From an uncultured Gammaproteobacteria bacterium (GTDB lineage: Bacteria > Patescibacteriota > Microgenomatia > UBA8517): DNA of 40,198 nt. The notes below the pieces were generated by a model. That model saw only the letters and a list, made by a program, of their open reading frames with translations, searched no databases and had not been told where the DNA came from. The stretch covers positions 177,551 through 217,748 of the forward strand of contig CAZIMC010000002.1 of NCBI GenBank assembly GCA_964540475.1, read 5' to 3'. Below are positions 1-9,953 of this stretch, piece by piece; the first letter of the stretch is position 1, and every line of letters begins with the position of its first letter. A program made the translations under genes and the position numbers.

Positions 1-2019
1 ATTTGGGTGGAGTTTGGATTTTATAACATTACTAAGTTTTTTGTATTTCTCCGGGTTGCCCATTATTTCTTCAGCAAGACTCCTAGTTTGCTTGATTAAA
101 TCAATATCCTGCCAGTTGGCAATTTTTAGCTCAGGAAGTCCGTGCTGGCGGACGCCAAATATCTCTCCCGGACCGCGTAGCTTAAGGTCAAGTTCAGAAA
201 GTTCAAACCCGGAGTGGGTCTTTTCCATTGCCGTGAGTCTCTCCAAAATTTCTCGGCTTTGACTTTCAGTAAATAGTAGGCAATAAGATTTTTTTTCTCC
301 TCTCCCAACTCTGCCTCTTAACTGGTGAAGCTGTGCTAAGCCAAATCTTTCAGCCGCTTCAATTAACATAATTGTTGCATTGGGAATATCAATACCCACC
401 TCAACAACGGGTGTTGCAACCAGAATATCAGTACTTCCCTCTTTAAATTTTTTCAGTACTTTTGTTTTTTCCTCTGATGTTAATTTTCCGTGCAATAGAT
501 CTAAATTTAAATCCGGAAAAACGTTTTTGAGCTCTTCATATTCTTTTTTTGCGGATTTGACCGCCTTCATAGTTTCAACTTCGCTCTCCTCAATTAATGG
601 ACAAACAATAAATGCTTGAGATTTATTTTTCTTAATTTGCTGGGAAATCCAGGAATAGGCCCCGGCGCGTTTGACAGGAGGGACAACCCAGGTTGTGGTC
701 TTTTGGCGGCTTTCAGGCATTTCGTCCAAAATAGAAAGATCAAGGTCTCCATAGAAAGTTAAAGCAATAGTTCGCGGGATTGGGGTTGCTGTCATTGTTA
801 AAACGTGTGGGGCAATCTTTTTCTTACTTAGCTCCTCGAGTGCCATGCGTTGTTTAACACCAAACCGGTGCTGCTCGTCAATCACAACCAACCCGACATT
901 TTTATAAATCTCTTTACTATTTTTCTTACTAAGAAGCGCATGTGTTCCCACAAACACATCAATGGAACCTGCGTCTTGTGATTTAACATCAGAAGTTATA
1001 AGGGAAAGTCTTACTTTAAATTTACTAAATATGTGGGTTAAGGTCTGGTAGTGTTGCTGTGCCAAAATTTGTGTTGGAGCCATAATGATTGTTTGATAAC
1101 CATTAAGAAAGTTAATAAGGGCCGCAATACCTGCAACAATTGTTTTACCAGAGCCCACGTCTCCCTGTAGAAGCCGGTTCATTGGAATACTTTTCCCTAA
1201 GTCATTAAGAATTTCTTTAATAACTTTGGTCTGCGCCGTAGTAAGGATGAATGGCAGAGAGTTTATAAATTTCTGTAGCGCACTTTTGTCAACTTTAAGT
1301 TCTGGTGCCTTTTTGTTTTTTATCCATATCTTTTTGCGCTCCAAGCTTTGAAGATGCAAAAACAAAAGTTCTTCAAAGGCAAGACGCTTTCTGCCCTCCT
1401 CGGCCTCCGTAAGCGTTTGTGGGAAATGCACCATTTTAAGAGCATTTGGAAGGTTCGGAACTTTTAAGCGTTTTAATATTTGATCGGAGAAAACCTCCGG
1501 AGGAGCAATTAGATCCAGAGTTAACTTAATCTTGCTTCTCAGCCATTTAGAAGATATTCCCGCAGTTGACGGATAAACAGGCACAAGGCCTTTTGTGTGA
1601 AGTGGGCTGTTTTCGTTAAATATTATTTCATACTCAGGAGAGATTAGAGCAAGTTTATTGCCAAAAAAATCGGCCTTGCCTGCGAGATTAACTTTTGTTC
1701 CCGGGCGCAAAGTTCTTGCCAGAAAAGGCTGATTAAACCAGATTGCCGGGATATCTTTTGTCTCATCTGAGATACTTGCGAACTGCATAAATTTGCCGGA
1801 CTTTGTATATTGGTTTTTTATTGAATCAACGGTTCCCGATACACTAACCACTTCGCCTGCCCGAACTCTGTTAATTTTGGTTTCAGTTGTAAAATCAAGA
1901 TATCTTGCTGGAACGTGCTTTATTAATTCCTCAATGGTTGAAATACTCAGTTTCTGAAGCTTGCTCTGGTAATATGGCCCGATTTTGGGGATTTTAGAAA
2001 CCTTTTCGTCCAAGTTCAT
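1..2019 (-). CDS. recG: ATP-dependent DNA helicase RecG (3' end runs off the window edge, so absent from the ORF track)
   Basis: Manual translation from ATG at 2019: MNLDEKVSKIPKIGPYYQSKLQKL..., with MNRLLQGDVGSGKT (Walker A), IDEQHRFGV (DExH) and MTATPIPRT; reaches position 1 in frame after 673 codons (...KSKLHPN). Confidence 0.95.
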   Translation of the reverse strand, partial: MNLDEKVSKIPKIGPYYQSKLQKLSISTIEELIKHVPARYLDFTTETKINRVRAGEVVSVSGTVDSIKNQYTKSGKFMQFASISDETKDIPAIWFNQPFLARTLRPGTKVNLAGKADFFGNKLALISPEYEIIFNENSPLHTKGLVPVYPSTAGISSKWLRSKIKLTLDLIAPPEVFSDQILKRLKVPNLPNALKMVHFPQTLTEAEEGRKRLAFEELLFLHLQSLERKKIWIKNKKAPELKVDKSALQKFINSLPFILTTAQTKVIKEILNDLGKSIPMNRLLQGDVGSGKTIVAGIAALINFLNGYQTIIMAPTQILAQQHYQTLTHIFSKFKVRLSLITSDVKSQDAGSIDVFVGTHALLSKKNSKEIYKNVGLVVIDEQHRFGVKQRMALEELSKKKIAPHVLTMTATPIPRTIALTFYGDLDLSILDEMPESRQKTTTWVVPPVKRAGAYSWISQQIKKNKSQAFIVCPLIEESEVETMKAVKSAKKEYEELKNVFPDLNLDLLHGKLTSEEKTKVLKKFKEGSTDILVATPVVEVGIDIPNATIMLIEAAERFGLAQLHQLRGRVGRGEKKSYCLLFTESQSREILERLTAMEKTHSGFELSELDLKLRGPGEIFGVRQHGLPELKIANWQDIDLIKQTRSLAEEIMGNPEKYKKLSNVIKSKLHPN

Positions 2020-2025
2020 GGCGAC

Positions 2026-2130
2026 TTATAAAAGTACCATGAGGAACGGTAAAAAAGAAGTCAAGAGAAGCGCCGAACCTGCAATGGCAATTACTATTAT
2101 AACGAATATTTTTTTACGTTTAGGGTTCAT
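2026..2130 (-). CDS. 34-aa small single-TM membrane protein
   Basis: MNPKRKKIFVIIVIAIAGSALLLTSFLPFLMVLL; fills the tyrS-recG gap (4 and 6 nt spacers); basic N-terminus plus hydrophobic helix. Confidence 0.7.
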   Translation of the reverse strand: MNPKRKKIFVIIVIAIAGSALLLTSFLPFLMVLL

Positions 2131-2134
2131 CTGA

Positions 2135-3298
2135 CTATTTTACTACAGTACCGAAAGTTTTCTTGCCGATTTTAATCTTGTCTCCCACTTTGGGTACGAA
2201 GTTGGGATCTGTAACAACTTTTCCGTTAACATCTACTCCCCCTTGAGTAATTAACCTTTTAGCTTCCGAGACACTTCTCTTGCTAGTAAATGGCGCAATT
2301 GTTTTGTCCAGGTTACCATTTAAGTTAACTTCAGTAGTGTAATCACTGTTCTTCTTCTGGAACGAAGCCTCGAAACTTTTTTGTGCGTTAATTGCATAGT
2401 TATTTCCGTGCGTTTGATTAACTACATCAAATGCCAGCATCTTTTTTGCATCCATTGCCCCCAGTCTCTTAATGGTACCTGCTGGTATGTCGGTTAATAG
2501 CTCAGTAGCTGAATTAATAAAACCATCCGGCCAAGACATTATTTTTCCGTAGATCTGTTCTGGTGTATCCGAAAGAAATACAGCGTTTCCTTCTGACTTA
2601 CCCATTTTTTTACCATTTGTATCGGTGAGCAGTTTCAAAGTTAGGACGTATTTTTCTTTTCCTTTAAGCTCTTTCATGAGCGTTCTTCCTGCCATCATGT
2701 TGAAAAGCTGGTCATTGCCACCAATTTCAAGATCAACTCCGCCTGGAATCATGTTTACTGAATCGTATCCCTGCATCAGGGGGTAAAGAAATTCATGCAA
2801 GTATATCGGTTTATCATTCTTAATTCGTTTTTGGAACATATCGCGCTCCAACATCTGTTGCACGGTAAAGAGTGACGCCAGCTCAATTACTTCGGCAAAT
2901 GTCAATTTTGAAAGCCAGTCATAGTTAAATAATACAATTGCTTTATTGGGACCATCAAAATCTAGTACTCTGCCTGCTTGTTTTTTGTAATCTTTTAAGT
3001 TGGTCAGGACTTCATCCCGTGTTTGCTTGGTTCTGGCGGCCTCTTTGTCGGTAGGGTCTCCAATAAGGCCTGTAAAATCCCCAATTAGGAAAACAACTTT
3101 GTGCCCAAGCTTTTGAAACTGAGCGAGCTTTCTTAAACCAATAAAATTTCCGATATGAAGACTTGGGGCGGTAGGGTCAAAGCCTTGGTAAAGAGTGATT
3201 TTTCGCTTGCGCATAAGATCCGCAAGTCCCTTTTTGTTGGGTAGAATATCTTGCACACCTCTTGTTAAAACTTCGTTAATTACGTCCATTTGATTCAT
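2135..3298 (-). CDS. tyrS: tyrosine--tRNA ligase
   Basis: YQGFDPTAPSLHIGN (HIGH-like), KMGKS (KMSKS-like), YPLMQGYD, C-terminal S4-like domain. Confidence 0.97.
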   Translation of the reverse strand: MNQMDVINEVLTRGVQDILPNKKGLADLMRKRKITLYQGFDPTAPSLHIGNFIGLRKLAQFQKLGHKVVFLIGDFTGLIGDPTDKEAARTKQTRDEVLTNLKDYKKQAGRVLDFDGPNKAIVLFNYDWLSKLTFAEVIELASLFTVQQMLERDMFQKRIKNDKPIYLHEFLYPLMQGYDSVNMIPGGVDLEIGGNDQLFNMMAGRTLMKELKGKEKYVLTLKLLTDTNGKKMGKSEGNAVFLSDTPEQIYGKIMSWPDGFINSATELLTDIPAGTIKRLGAMDAKKMLAFDVVNQTHGNNYAINAQKSFEASFQKKNSDYTTEVNLNGNLDKTIAPFTSKRSVSEAKRLITQGGVDVNGKVVTDPNFVPKVGDKIKIGKKTFGTVVK

Positions 3299-3330
3299 AT
3301 TCTACGTTTCATTTGGTACAATTACAATAC

Positions 3331-5865
3331 ATGTGGAGAGAGCGTCTAAGATATAAACGCGGTTTCTATTCCCGTTCGATCAAAAAGAGTCAAAATATGG
3401 CAAAAATCGCTAAGTTTGGCTTTTTCGGGGTAATAGGCCTTTTTGTGCTTTCGTTTTTAATTATTCCTGTTTTGGCTTTTACTTTGCCGGCCCCTGATGA
3501 AGTAGTAAGGCGCGATGGTTTCTCAACGAAAATATTGGATAGAAATGGAAATGTTTTATACGATATATTTGATAACCAGCGAAGAACGCACGTTGCGCTT
3601 GACGAGATCCCCGAAACACTTAAACAGGCAACCATTGCTATTGAAGACAAAAACTTTTATAAGCATCAGGGATTTGACCCTTTTGGAATTATCCGCGGCC
3701 TCTCAAGAGTTGTTACTGCTGGACGTGCCCAAGGGGGCTCAACTTTAACGCAGCAACTTGTTAAGAACGCACTTCTCTCTTCTGAGAGATCCATCTTCAG
3801 AAAGATAAAAGAGTTTGTATTGGCAGTTCAAATTGAAAAGAAATATAGTAAAGACCAGATTCTGGAACTTTATCTGAATGAGATACCATACGGTGGAACC
3901 GCTTACGGTGTTGAAGCTGCAAGCGAGATTTATTTTGGAAAGAAGGCCCGGGATTTGGATTTGGTTGAATCGGCAGTTTTAGCGGGAATTCCCCAGCGGC
4001 CTTCTTCCTACTCACCCTTTTCTTCTACCCCCAAAGCTTATGTAGGAAGGGCAGAGCAGGTATTACGGCGTATGCGCGAGGATGGATATATTACCAAAGA
4101 GGCTGAAGAGGAAGCTAAAAATAAGTTGCCAAATGTAGCCTTCCAAACAAGAGATGCCTCGTTTAAGGCCCCCCACTTTGTTCAGTATGTACAAAAAATT
4201 CTTGAAGAGCGTTACGGCGCGTCGGTTTTGGAGAGCGGTGGATTGAAGGTTACTACAACTTTAGATCTTGAACTGCACGATAAAGCCCAAGCGATTGTGC
4301 GTGAGGAAATTTCAAAGGTAGAAGCTCAAAGAATTACAAACGGCGCAGTTGTTATTATGGACCCTGAGACAGGCGAAATTCTTTCGATGGTGGGATCTAA
4401 AAACTTTAATGATCCCAATTACGATGGACAGGTCAATGTTGCCACTTCGCAGAGACAGCCTGGTTCAGCATTTAAGCCGATTGCATATGTAACAGCATTT
4501 AAAAAGGGTTATACAGCCGCAACTATGATTATGGATGTTCCTACGGTGTTTCCTGCCGGTGCCAACCAGCCGGATTATCAACCGGTTAACTACGATGGAA
4601 AATTTAGGGGGCCAATACAGATCAGGTATGCATTAGGTAACTCTATAAACATTCCCGCGGTTAAGATTTTGGCAATGGTTGGGATTCGGGATGTTCTTCA
4701 AACCGCAACAGATTTGGGTATTACTACGCTTGCGCCTAATGCCGACACTCTAAGACGCGTTGGTTTATCACTTTCCCTGGGAGGAGGAGAAGTCCGGCTT
4801 TTGGATTTAACCTCCGCCTATGCTGCGTTTATGAATGAAGGACACAAGGTTGACCCGGTTGCCATCCTTAAAGTTGAGGACTCAAGCGGGCGCGTATTGG
4901 AAGAAGCTAAGCCCAAAAAGGGCAGAAGAGTTTTATCTGAGGGCGAGGCATTTTTGATTGCCAATATCTTATCAGACAATTCTGCAAGAAGTGATGTCTT
5001 TGGTCCCAATTCGCTTCTTAATATTCCCGGGAGACAAATCGCAGTCAAGACAGGTACTACGAATGACAGGCGTGATAACTGGGCAGTTGGCGGAAACCCT
5101 CAAGTTGTTGTGGGTGTTTGGGTCGGGAACAACGATAATAGCCCGATGGGTAATGTTGCCTCTGGGGTTTCAGGCGCAACCCCAATATGGCGCAAGGCTC
5201 TACTGGAAAGCTTAGCCGGTAAACCAGTAGTTTCTTTCAGGCAGCCGGATTCGGTTGTTACAGCGGAAGTCGACCGTGTGTCGGGTTATGCGGCACACGA
5301 TGGGTTTGCTTCAAGACAGGAGTTCTTTGTTCGCGGTACTGAACCTGGACAAGACCTTGTTCATGTAAAACTGAAAGTTTGCAAAAACGATGGCAAGCTG
5401 GCAACCCCTGCGGACGTTTCATCCGGAAATTATGATGAAAAGGAATTCTTTATGTTCAAGGAGGAAGATGCAACCGGATCACCAACTAATCGGTGGCAAG
5501 AGGGTATACTTTCTTGGATTGCTACACAAAACGATTCAAAATATCACCCGCCTACTGAGTATTGTGGTACAAGTAATCCGGTTAGCGCAGGCTTTCATGA
5601 GCCTGGTAACCAATCGTCAAACTTGCCAAACAGTTTTACTGTGAGAATAAGAGCTGAATCAACCTCTAAAATTAACAGGGTGGAGCTGTTTGTTAACGAT
5701 CAAAATGTACGAAACTTTGATGGTCCTCCCTATAACTACGATGCAAATTTGCAAAACGGTGTATATAAACTCAAAGCCATAGTTAAAGATGAAAATGGGA
5801 ATCAGGCTGAAAATACGATCACTGTTGGTGTGGGGACTGTCTGGAACCCTTCCCCCGCGCCTTAA
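3331..5865 (+). CDS. class A penicillin-binding protein (transglycosylase/transpeptidase) with C-terminal Ig-like domain
   Basis: EDKNF and QGGSTLTQQLVKN (GT51); SAFK (SxxK), SIN (SxN), KTGT; N-terminal TM; start placed at ATG 3331 (alternatives 3313, 3397). Confidence 0.92.
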   Translation: MWRERLRYKRGFYSRSIKKSQNMAKIAKFGFFGVIGLFVLSFLIIPVLAFTLPAPDEVVRRDGFSTKILDRNGNVLYDIFDNQRRTHVALDEIPETLKQATIAIEDKNFYKHQGFDPFGIIRGLSRVVTAGRAQGGSTLTQQLVKNALLSSERSIFRKIKEFVLAVQIEKKYSKDQILELYLNEIPYGGTAYGVEAASEIYFGKKARDLDLVESAVLAGIPQRPSSYSPFSSTPKAYVGRAEQVLRRMREDGYITKEAEEEAKNKLPNVAFQTRDASFKAPHFVQYVQKILEERYGASVLESGGLKVTTTLDLELHDKAQAIVREEISKVEAQRITNGAVVIMDPETGEILSMVGSKNFNDPNYDGQVNVATSQRQPGSAFKPIAYVTAFKKGYTAATMIMDVPTVFPAGANQPDYQPVNYDGKFRGPIQIRYALGNSINIPAVKILAMVGIRDVLQTATDLGITTLAPNADTLRRVGLSLSLGGGEVRLLDLTSAYAAFMNEGHKVDPVAILKVEDSSGRVLEEAKPKKGRRVLSEGEAFLIANILSDNSARSDVFGPNSLLNIPGRQIAVKTGTTNDRRDNWAVGGNPQVVVGVWVGNNDNSPMGNVASGVSGATPIWRKALLESLAGKPVVSFRQPDSVVTAEVDRVSGYAAHDGFASRQEFFVRGTEPGQDLVHVKLKVCKNDGKLATPADVSSGNYDEKEFFMFKEEDATGSPTNRWQEGILSWIATQNDSKYHPPTEYCGTSNPVSAGFHEPGNQSSNLPNSFTVRIRAESTSKINRVELFVNDQNVRNFDGPPYNYDANLQNGVYKLKAIVKDENGNQAENTITVGVGTVWNPSPAP

Positions 5866-5935
5866 TTGATTGAATTTTTGTAATTATTGAGTATACTTTA
5901 AAAGAGGTTGTTGTCTGTCTCCTGCCTACGGAGTT

Positions 5936-6247
5936 ATGACAAAAGAAAATTTAAATAACGGATTTATTGAAGCTCGAAAGTGTATTAACTCTTGGGCTCA
6001 GATTGAGATACATTTACCTGACGATTATAACCCACACAATAAAAGATTTTTAAGGGACTATTTTAGGGCTCAGCTTAGGGTTGCTCAAGGAAAACCGGTT
6101 AAGGCTAAAAGAATATTCCAGGGCTTAGTAAAAAGGACTGGTTACAATGAATTTGAAGAGACTAACGAGCCATATCTGGCGGCAGTAGATTTAGCAGTAA
6201 AAGGGCATACCAGATGGCAATCAGCGCCTGCGTTTAGGGTTAATTAA
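5936..6247 (+). CDS. hypothetical protein (103 aa)
   Basis: ATG preceded by GGAG; occupies the gap between PBP and pheT; no motif recognised. Confidence 0.6.
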   Translation: MTKENLNNGFIEARKCINSWAQIEIHLPDDYNPHNKRFLRDYFRAQLRVAQGKPVKAKRIFQGLVKRTGYNEFEETNEPYLAAVDLAVKGHTRWQSAPAFRVN

Positions 6248-6250
6248 AAC

Positions 6251-8203
6251 TTAGGAAGATAATTTTCCTCCGAATTTGCTTTCGATGGCTTTTAAAATCT
6301 TATTTCTTGTATTTGCAACCTCGGTATCTGTAAGAGTTTTTGTTGGATGTTGATACCAAATTCGGAAAGTGTAATTACTATTAAACGTGTCTTTAAGTTC
6401 TACATTTTTTACAAGCTTGCTCACTTTTGAAATTTCACCCAATACCCCTCCTATGCGTGTTTTAGGAGGGAGAATCAAAGTTATATCCTCGATTTGTGGC
6501 GGATATTTTGGTATTGGAACAAACTTAGCAATCGGGCTATGTAAAGTTCTTAATTTTTGTACATCAAATTCGTAATATAAAAGGCCATTATTTTCCAGGA
6601 CTCCCAATTCTCCTATTACATTAGTGGAATGTGCAAAAACAATCCTTTGGGAGGGTAGGTAGTTTTTAGAGTCTACCGGCTTTACTTCATAATTTACCCG
6701 GAGCTCCTTCAGTAGCCCCTCAACAAATCCTTTTGCTATGCGGTAGTCATAATTTGCCAGTATTCCACCCAGCTTCATACATTCCTCGGGAGTATCATTT
6801 TTGCGAGGGATGTATACATTGGCAATTTCAAACAGATGAAATGGCTCTTTTATGTGCGAATTGTCATTTGCCGCTTGAGTAAGCGAAGGCATTAGCGAGG
6901 TTCTTAAATATTGAAAATCGGAGCCTAATGGGTTTTTAAGTTTCAAAGCACTTCCCTCGACATCTTTTTCAGCAACAAGCGACAGTGTAAAAATTTCTGT
7001 GGCCCCGAAACCCTTTAGAGTGGATTTAATTTTCATTTCAAATTCAAATGGTGAGTCAGCAGGAAAATCCGGAAGACTCCCTGTCATAAGTTTTGATGGC
7101 AATCTGTGGTAGCCGTAGATTCTTGCAACTTCTTCAACCAAATCTTCCGGTATATTAATGTCTCGTGCTCTCCATGAGGGAACCTTTACATTTATAGTAT
7201 TTTTCTTTCTTTGAACCCCAAACCCCAAACTGGTTAAAATGCTGTCAATTTCTTGCTCAGCAATTTCAACACCCAATATCTTGTTAATAAAATCATTTGA
7301 AATACTAACCGCTTTTGGTTTGTAAGGTGAAGGATGAATATCAAGAATTTGCTTTTCAGCTTTACCTTTTGTTAACTCTTCAATAAGCTTGATACCCCGA
7401 AGTATGGTGGGAGTTACTGCTTCTGTATCTAATCCTTTTTCGAATAGCTCCGAAGCTAAAGTCCTATGTGCTAAAGTCATCGAGGTTTGCCTAATTCTTA
7501 CCGGATTGTAGGTTTGGACAAACAGTAAAACATTCTTAGTATTTGTATCAACTGCTGAGTTAGCACAACCCATTATTCCTGCTAAGTCGATCAATTTTCC
7601 TGAACCATCTTCTATGACAATGTCTCCCCCAGAAAGCTTGTGAGTTTTTCCATCGAGCGTCGTAACAACCTCCCCTTTATTCGATTCGCGTAAAATCATT
7701 TTTGCTCCCTGAATCTTGTCATAATCAAATGTGTGCACTGGTTGCCCTAGTTCGTGCATTAAGTAATTTGAAATATCAACAACATTGTTTATTGCCCGTT
7801 CTCCCACAAGTTCAAGTCTTTCTCCAAGCCACTTTGGAGACGAGGTAACATTAACATCATTAATTAACACAGCCGCAAATCGACCACAGAGATTCGTATC
7901 AACCCGAGCTTTGAGATATGGCACTTTTTGGGTAAATTTGGAAGGTTTTATGTTAAGCTTGTTTAAGGTAGCCTTAACACCGAATCGTGGCAGGATAACT
8001 GAAGCCTCTCTTGCAATCCCATATACGGAGGCTGTATCCACTCTATTTGTTGTAACTTCGATCGTATACAAATAATCATTACCTGACTTAGCCACCTTTT
8101 CAACAGACGGCCCACATAATGATAAGCATTCAGCAATTTTAGAGGGCTTAGCGTCAGTCTTTAAAAACTCCCTAAGCCATTTGTCTGATATTAAAATGTC
8201 CAT
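6251..8203 (-). CDS. pheT: phenylalanine--tRNA ligase beta subunit (short form lacking the tRNA-binding OB insert)
   Basis: IEVTTNRVD, NNVVDISNY, VPSWRARDI..EDLVEEVARIYGY, LRTSL, C-terminal ferredoxin-fold anticodon domain. Confidence 0.95.
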   Translation of the reverse strand: MDILISDKWLREFLKTDAKPSKIAECLSLCGPSVEKVAKSGNDYLYTIEVTTNRVDTASVYGIAREASVILPRFGVKATLNKLNIKPSKFTQKVPYLKARVDTNLCGRFAAVLINDVNVTSSPKWLGERLELVGERAINNVVDISNYLMHELGQPVHTFDYDKIQGAKMILRESNKGEVVTTLDGKTHKLSGGDIVIEDGSGKLIDLAGIMGCANSAVDTNTKNVLLFVQTYNPVRIRQTSMTLAHRTLASELFEKGLDTEAVTPTILRGIKLIEELTKGKAEKQILDIHPSPYKPKAVSISNDFINKILGVEIAEQEIDSILTSLGFGVQRKKNTINVKVPSWRARDINIPEDLVEEVARIYGYHRLPSKLMTGSLPDFPADSPFEFEMKIKSTLKGFGATEIFTLSLVAEKDVEGSALKLKNPLGSDFQYLRTSLMPSLTQAANDNSHIKEPFHLFEIANVYIPRKNDTPEECMKLGGILANYDYRIAKGFVEGLLKELRVNYEVKPVDSKNYLPSQRIVFAHSTNVIGELGVLENNGLLYYEFDVQKLRTLHSPIAKFVPIPKYPPQIEDITLILPPKTRIGGVLGEISKVSKLVKNVELKDTFNSNYTFRIWYQHPTKTLTDTEVANTRNKILKAIESKFGGKLSS

Positions 8204-8204
8204 T

Positions 8205-9230
8205 TTAGAATTGATTTAAAAACCTAAGATCCGTACTGTATAAAAGCCTAAGATCAGGTATTTTAAGACCAGATTTCATCATCATTACTCTTTCAACTCC
8301 GATACCAAAAGCAAAACCAGAGTTTTTGGTGGGGTCGAATCCGCCATTTTTAAGTACAACCGGGTGAACCATGCCGGCTCCCCCAAGTTCCAGCCAACCT
8401 TCCTTGCAAACCTTACAACCTGTGCCACTACAAATATCACAGGTTATATCAACTTCAAATGATGGCTCTGTAAACTGAAAGTGATATGGGCGCAGTCTGG
8501 TTTTCCTTTCCTGCCCAAAAAATTGCCCAGCAAAGTGATCGATAACACCCTTTAAATGAACAATCGATATATTTTCATCAACAACCAAGCCTTCAAACTG
8601 ATGAAACATTTGAGTGTGGGAAGCATCCGATTGTCGCCTATAACACTTGGCGATATTCATCATCCTAATTGGAGGCCTACCAACCCTTTTCATTTCTCTT
8701 ACTTGACCTGATGAAGTGTGAGGTGTGAGGACCATTTTACCCAATTTTGGGTGTGGAGGAACGTCGACAAAAAAGGTCTCCCATTCGTCTCTTGCAGGAT
8801 GCCCTTTAGGCATATTGAGTGACTCAAAGGGGTACCAATCCCACTCAACTTCCGGATATCTAACCCTAACAAATCCTATTTTTTCAAAAACTGATGAAAT
8901 TTCTTGAATTGCAGTGGTTAATAAATGAAGATGACCTTGTGGTGGCTTAATGCCAGGAATTGTTGGGTCAAACCAGCTTCTAGCATTTTCCTGGAAGCTT
9001 AATTTTTTTGAAGCAATTTCAGAAAGAAGTGTGTTTTTTGCTTCGTTTAATGTAATTCCAACTCGTTTTTTTTCCTCGCTACCCAAACCTCTGATGTCTT
9101 TTATGAGCTTTGTAAACTTTCCGCTTTTACCAAGGTATGCAATCCTAATTCTTTCCAACTCTTCCTTATCCCCAGCCTCCATAATTTGCGCCAGGGCCTC
9201 ATTTTTTATATTGTTAACTTCTTCCTGCAT
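8205..9230 (-). CDS. pheS: phenylalanine--tRNA ligase alpha subunit
   Basis: HPARDEWETF, LTPHTS, FHQFEGL, RPYHFQFTEPSFE, GFAFGIGVER; start at ATG 9230. Confidence 0.97.
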   Translation of the reverse strand: MQEEVNNIKNEALAQIMEAGDKEELERIRIAYLGKSGKFTKLIKDIRGLGSEEKKRVGITLNEAKNTLLSEIASKKLSFQENARSWFDPTIPGIKPPQGHLHLLTTAIQEISSVFEKIGFVRVRYPEVEWDWYPFESLNMPKGHPARDEWETFFVDVPPHPKLGKMVLTPHTSSGQVREMKRVGRPPIRMMNIAKCYRRQSDASHTQMFHQFEGLVVDENISIVHLKGVIDHFAGQFFGQERKTRLRPYHFQFTEPSFEVDITCDICSGTGCKVCKEGWLELGGAGMVHPVVLKNGGFDPTKNSGFAFGIGVERVMMMKSGLKIPDLRLLYSTDLRFLNQF

Positions 9231-9239
9231 GTTTTGTAA

Positions 9240-9266
9240 CAAAAAAAGCTCTCTGGTGGAGAGCTT
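9240..9266 (-). terminator. attenuator terminator upstream of pheS
   Basis: Minus strand AAGCTCTC-CACCA-GAGAGCTT followed by a T run. Confidence 0.9.
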
Positions 9267-9294
9267 GCTTATAAATTAATATACCCCCACCAGC

Positions 9295-9339
9295 TTAATT
9301 GATTCTAAAGCAAAAGCCGCTGAAGGAAAAGGTTTTCAT
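9295..9339 (-). CDS. Phe-rich leader peptide of the pheST attenuator (pheM-like), MKTFSFSGFCFRIN
   Basis: 14 codons, 4 Phe; ATG overlaps the rplT stop (ATGA); followed by antiterminator strand CTGGTGGGGG and a terminator; same position as E. coli pheM. Confidence 0.85.
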   Translation of the reverse strand: MKTFSFSGFCFRIN

Positions 9340-9677
9340 TGCTTGGTTGACTCAACAATTTTTTTGAATGTTTCTTTATCGGTTGCTGCAATATCAGAGA
9401 GTATTTTCCTGTCAAGCTCGATATTGGCCCTTTTTAATGCGGCTATAAATTTGCTGTAGGAATAACCATTCTCGCGAACTGCGGCATTAAGACGCATTAT
9501 CCAGGTAGCCCTTAAATCTCTTTTTCTAAGCTTCCTTCCTGCATAGGCATATTGGCCTGCGTGCAAAACCGCCTCTTTGGCGGTTCTAATGCGTCTGCTT
9601 CTGGACTGCTTAAAGCCCTTAGCCTTTGCTAAGATTTTTCTATGTTTTCTTGCTGCTGGTGATTTTACTCTTGCCAT
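9336..9677 (-). CDS. rplT: 50S ribosomal protein L20
   Basis: MARVK..., AGQYAYAGRKLRKRDLRATWIMRLNAA, LDRKILSDIA. Confidence 0.98.
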   Translation of the reverse strand: MARVKSPAARKHRKILAKAKGFKQSRSRRIRTAKEAVLHAGQYAYAGRKLRKRDLRATWIMRLNAAVRENGYSYSKFIAALKRANIELDRKILSDIAATDKETFKKIVESTKQ

Positions 9678-9712
9678 AATATTTTACAAATCCTTCGACT
9701 CCTAATAGTCGC

Positions 9713-9913
9713 TCAGGACGGTCTTCCGACCAGCTTTCTAATCTTTTTAGCCATTGAACCCTTCATTCTGATCGTCTTTTTAAGGTTTGTTAAGCGTTTG
9801 GAACTTTTGCTTGCTTTTAAATGGCGCCTAAAGCCCTGCCTACGCATGACCTTACCAGTTTTGGTGATTTTAAATCTGTTTGAAATTGACTTTTTAGTTT
9901 TTTGTTTTGGCAT
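9713..9913 (-). CDS. rpmI: 50S ribosomal protein L35
   Basis: [22 protein letters not shown]; between infC and rplT. Confidence 0.97.
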   Translation of the reverse strand: MPKQKTKKSISNRFKITKTGKVMRRQGFRRHLKASKSSKRLTNLKKTIRMKGSMAKKIRKLVGRPS

Positions 9914-9953
9914 ATATTAGTTACTTAAATTAAAGAGCAGAAGAGTGAAAGTA

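Noticed and set aside
14-619. Track ORFs 14..262, 126..308 and 380..619
   Set aside because: Shadow frames over recG, which the track missed because its stop lies outside the window
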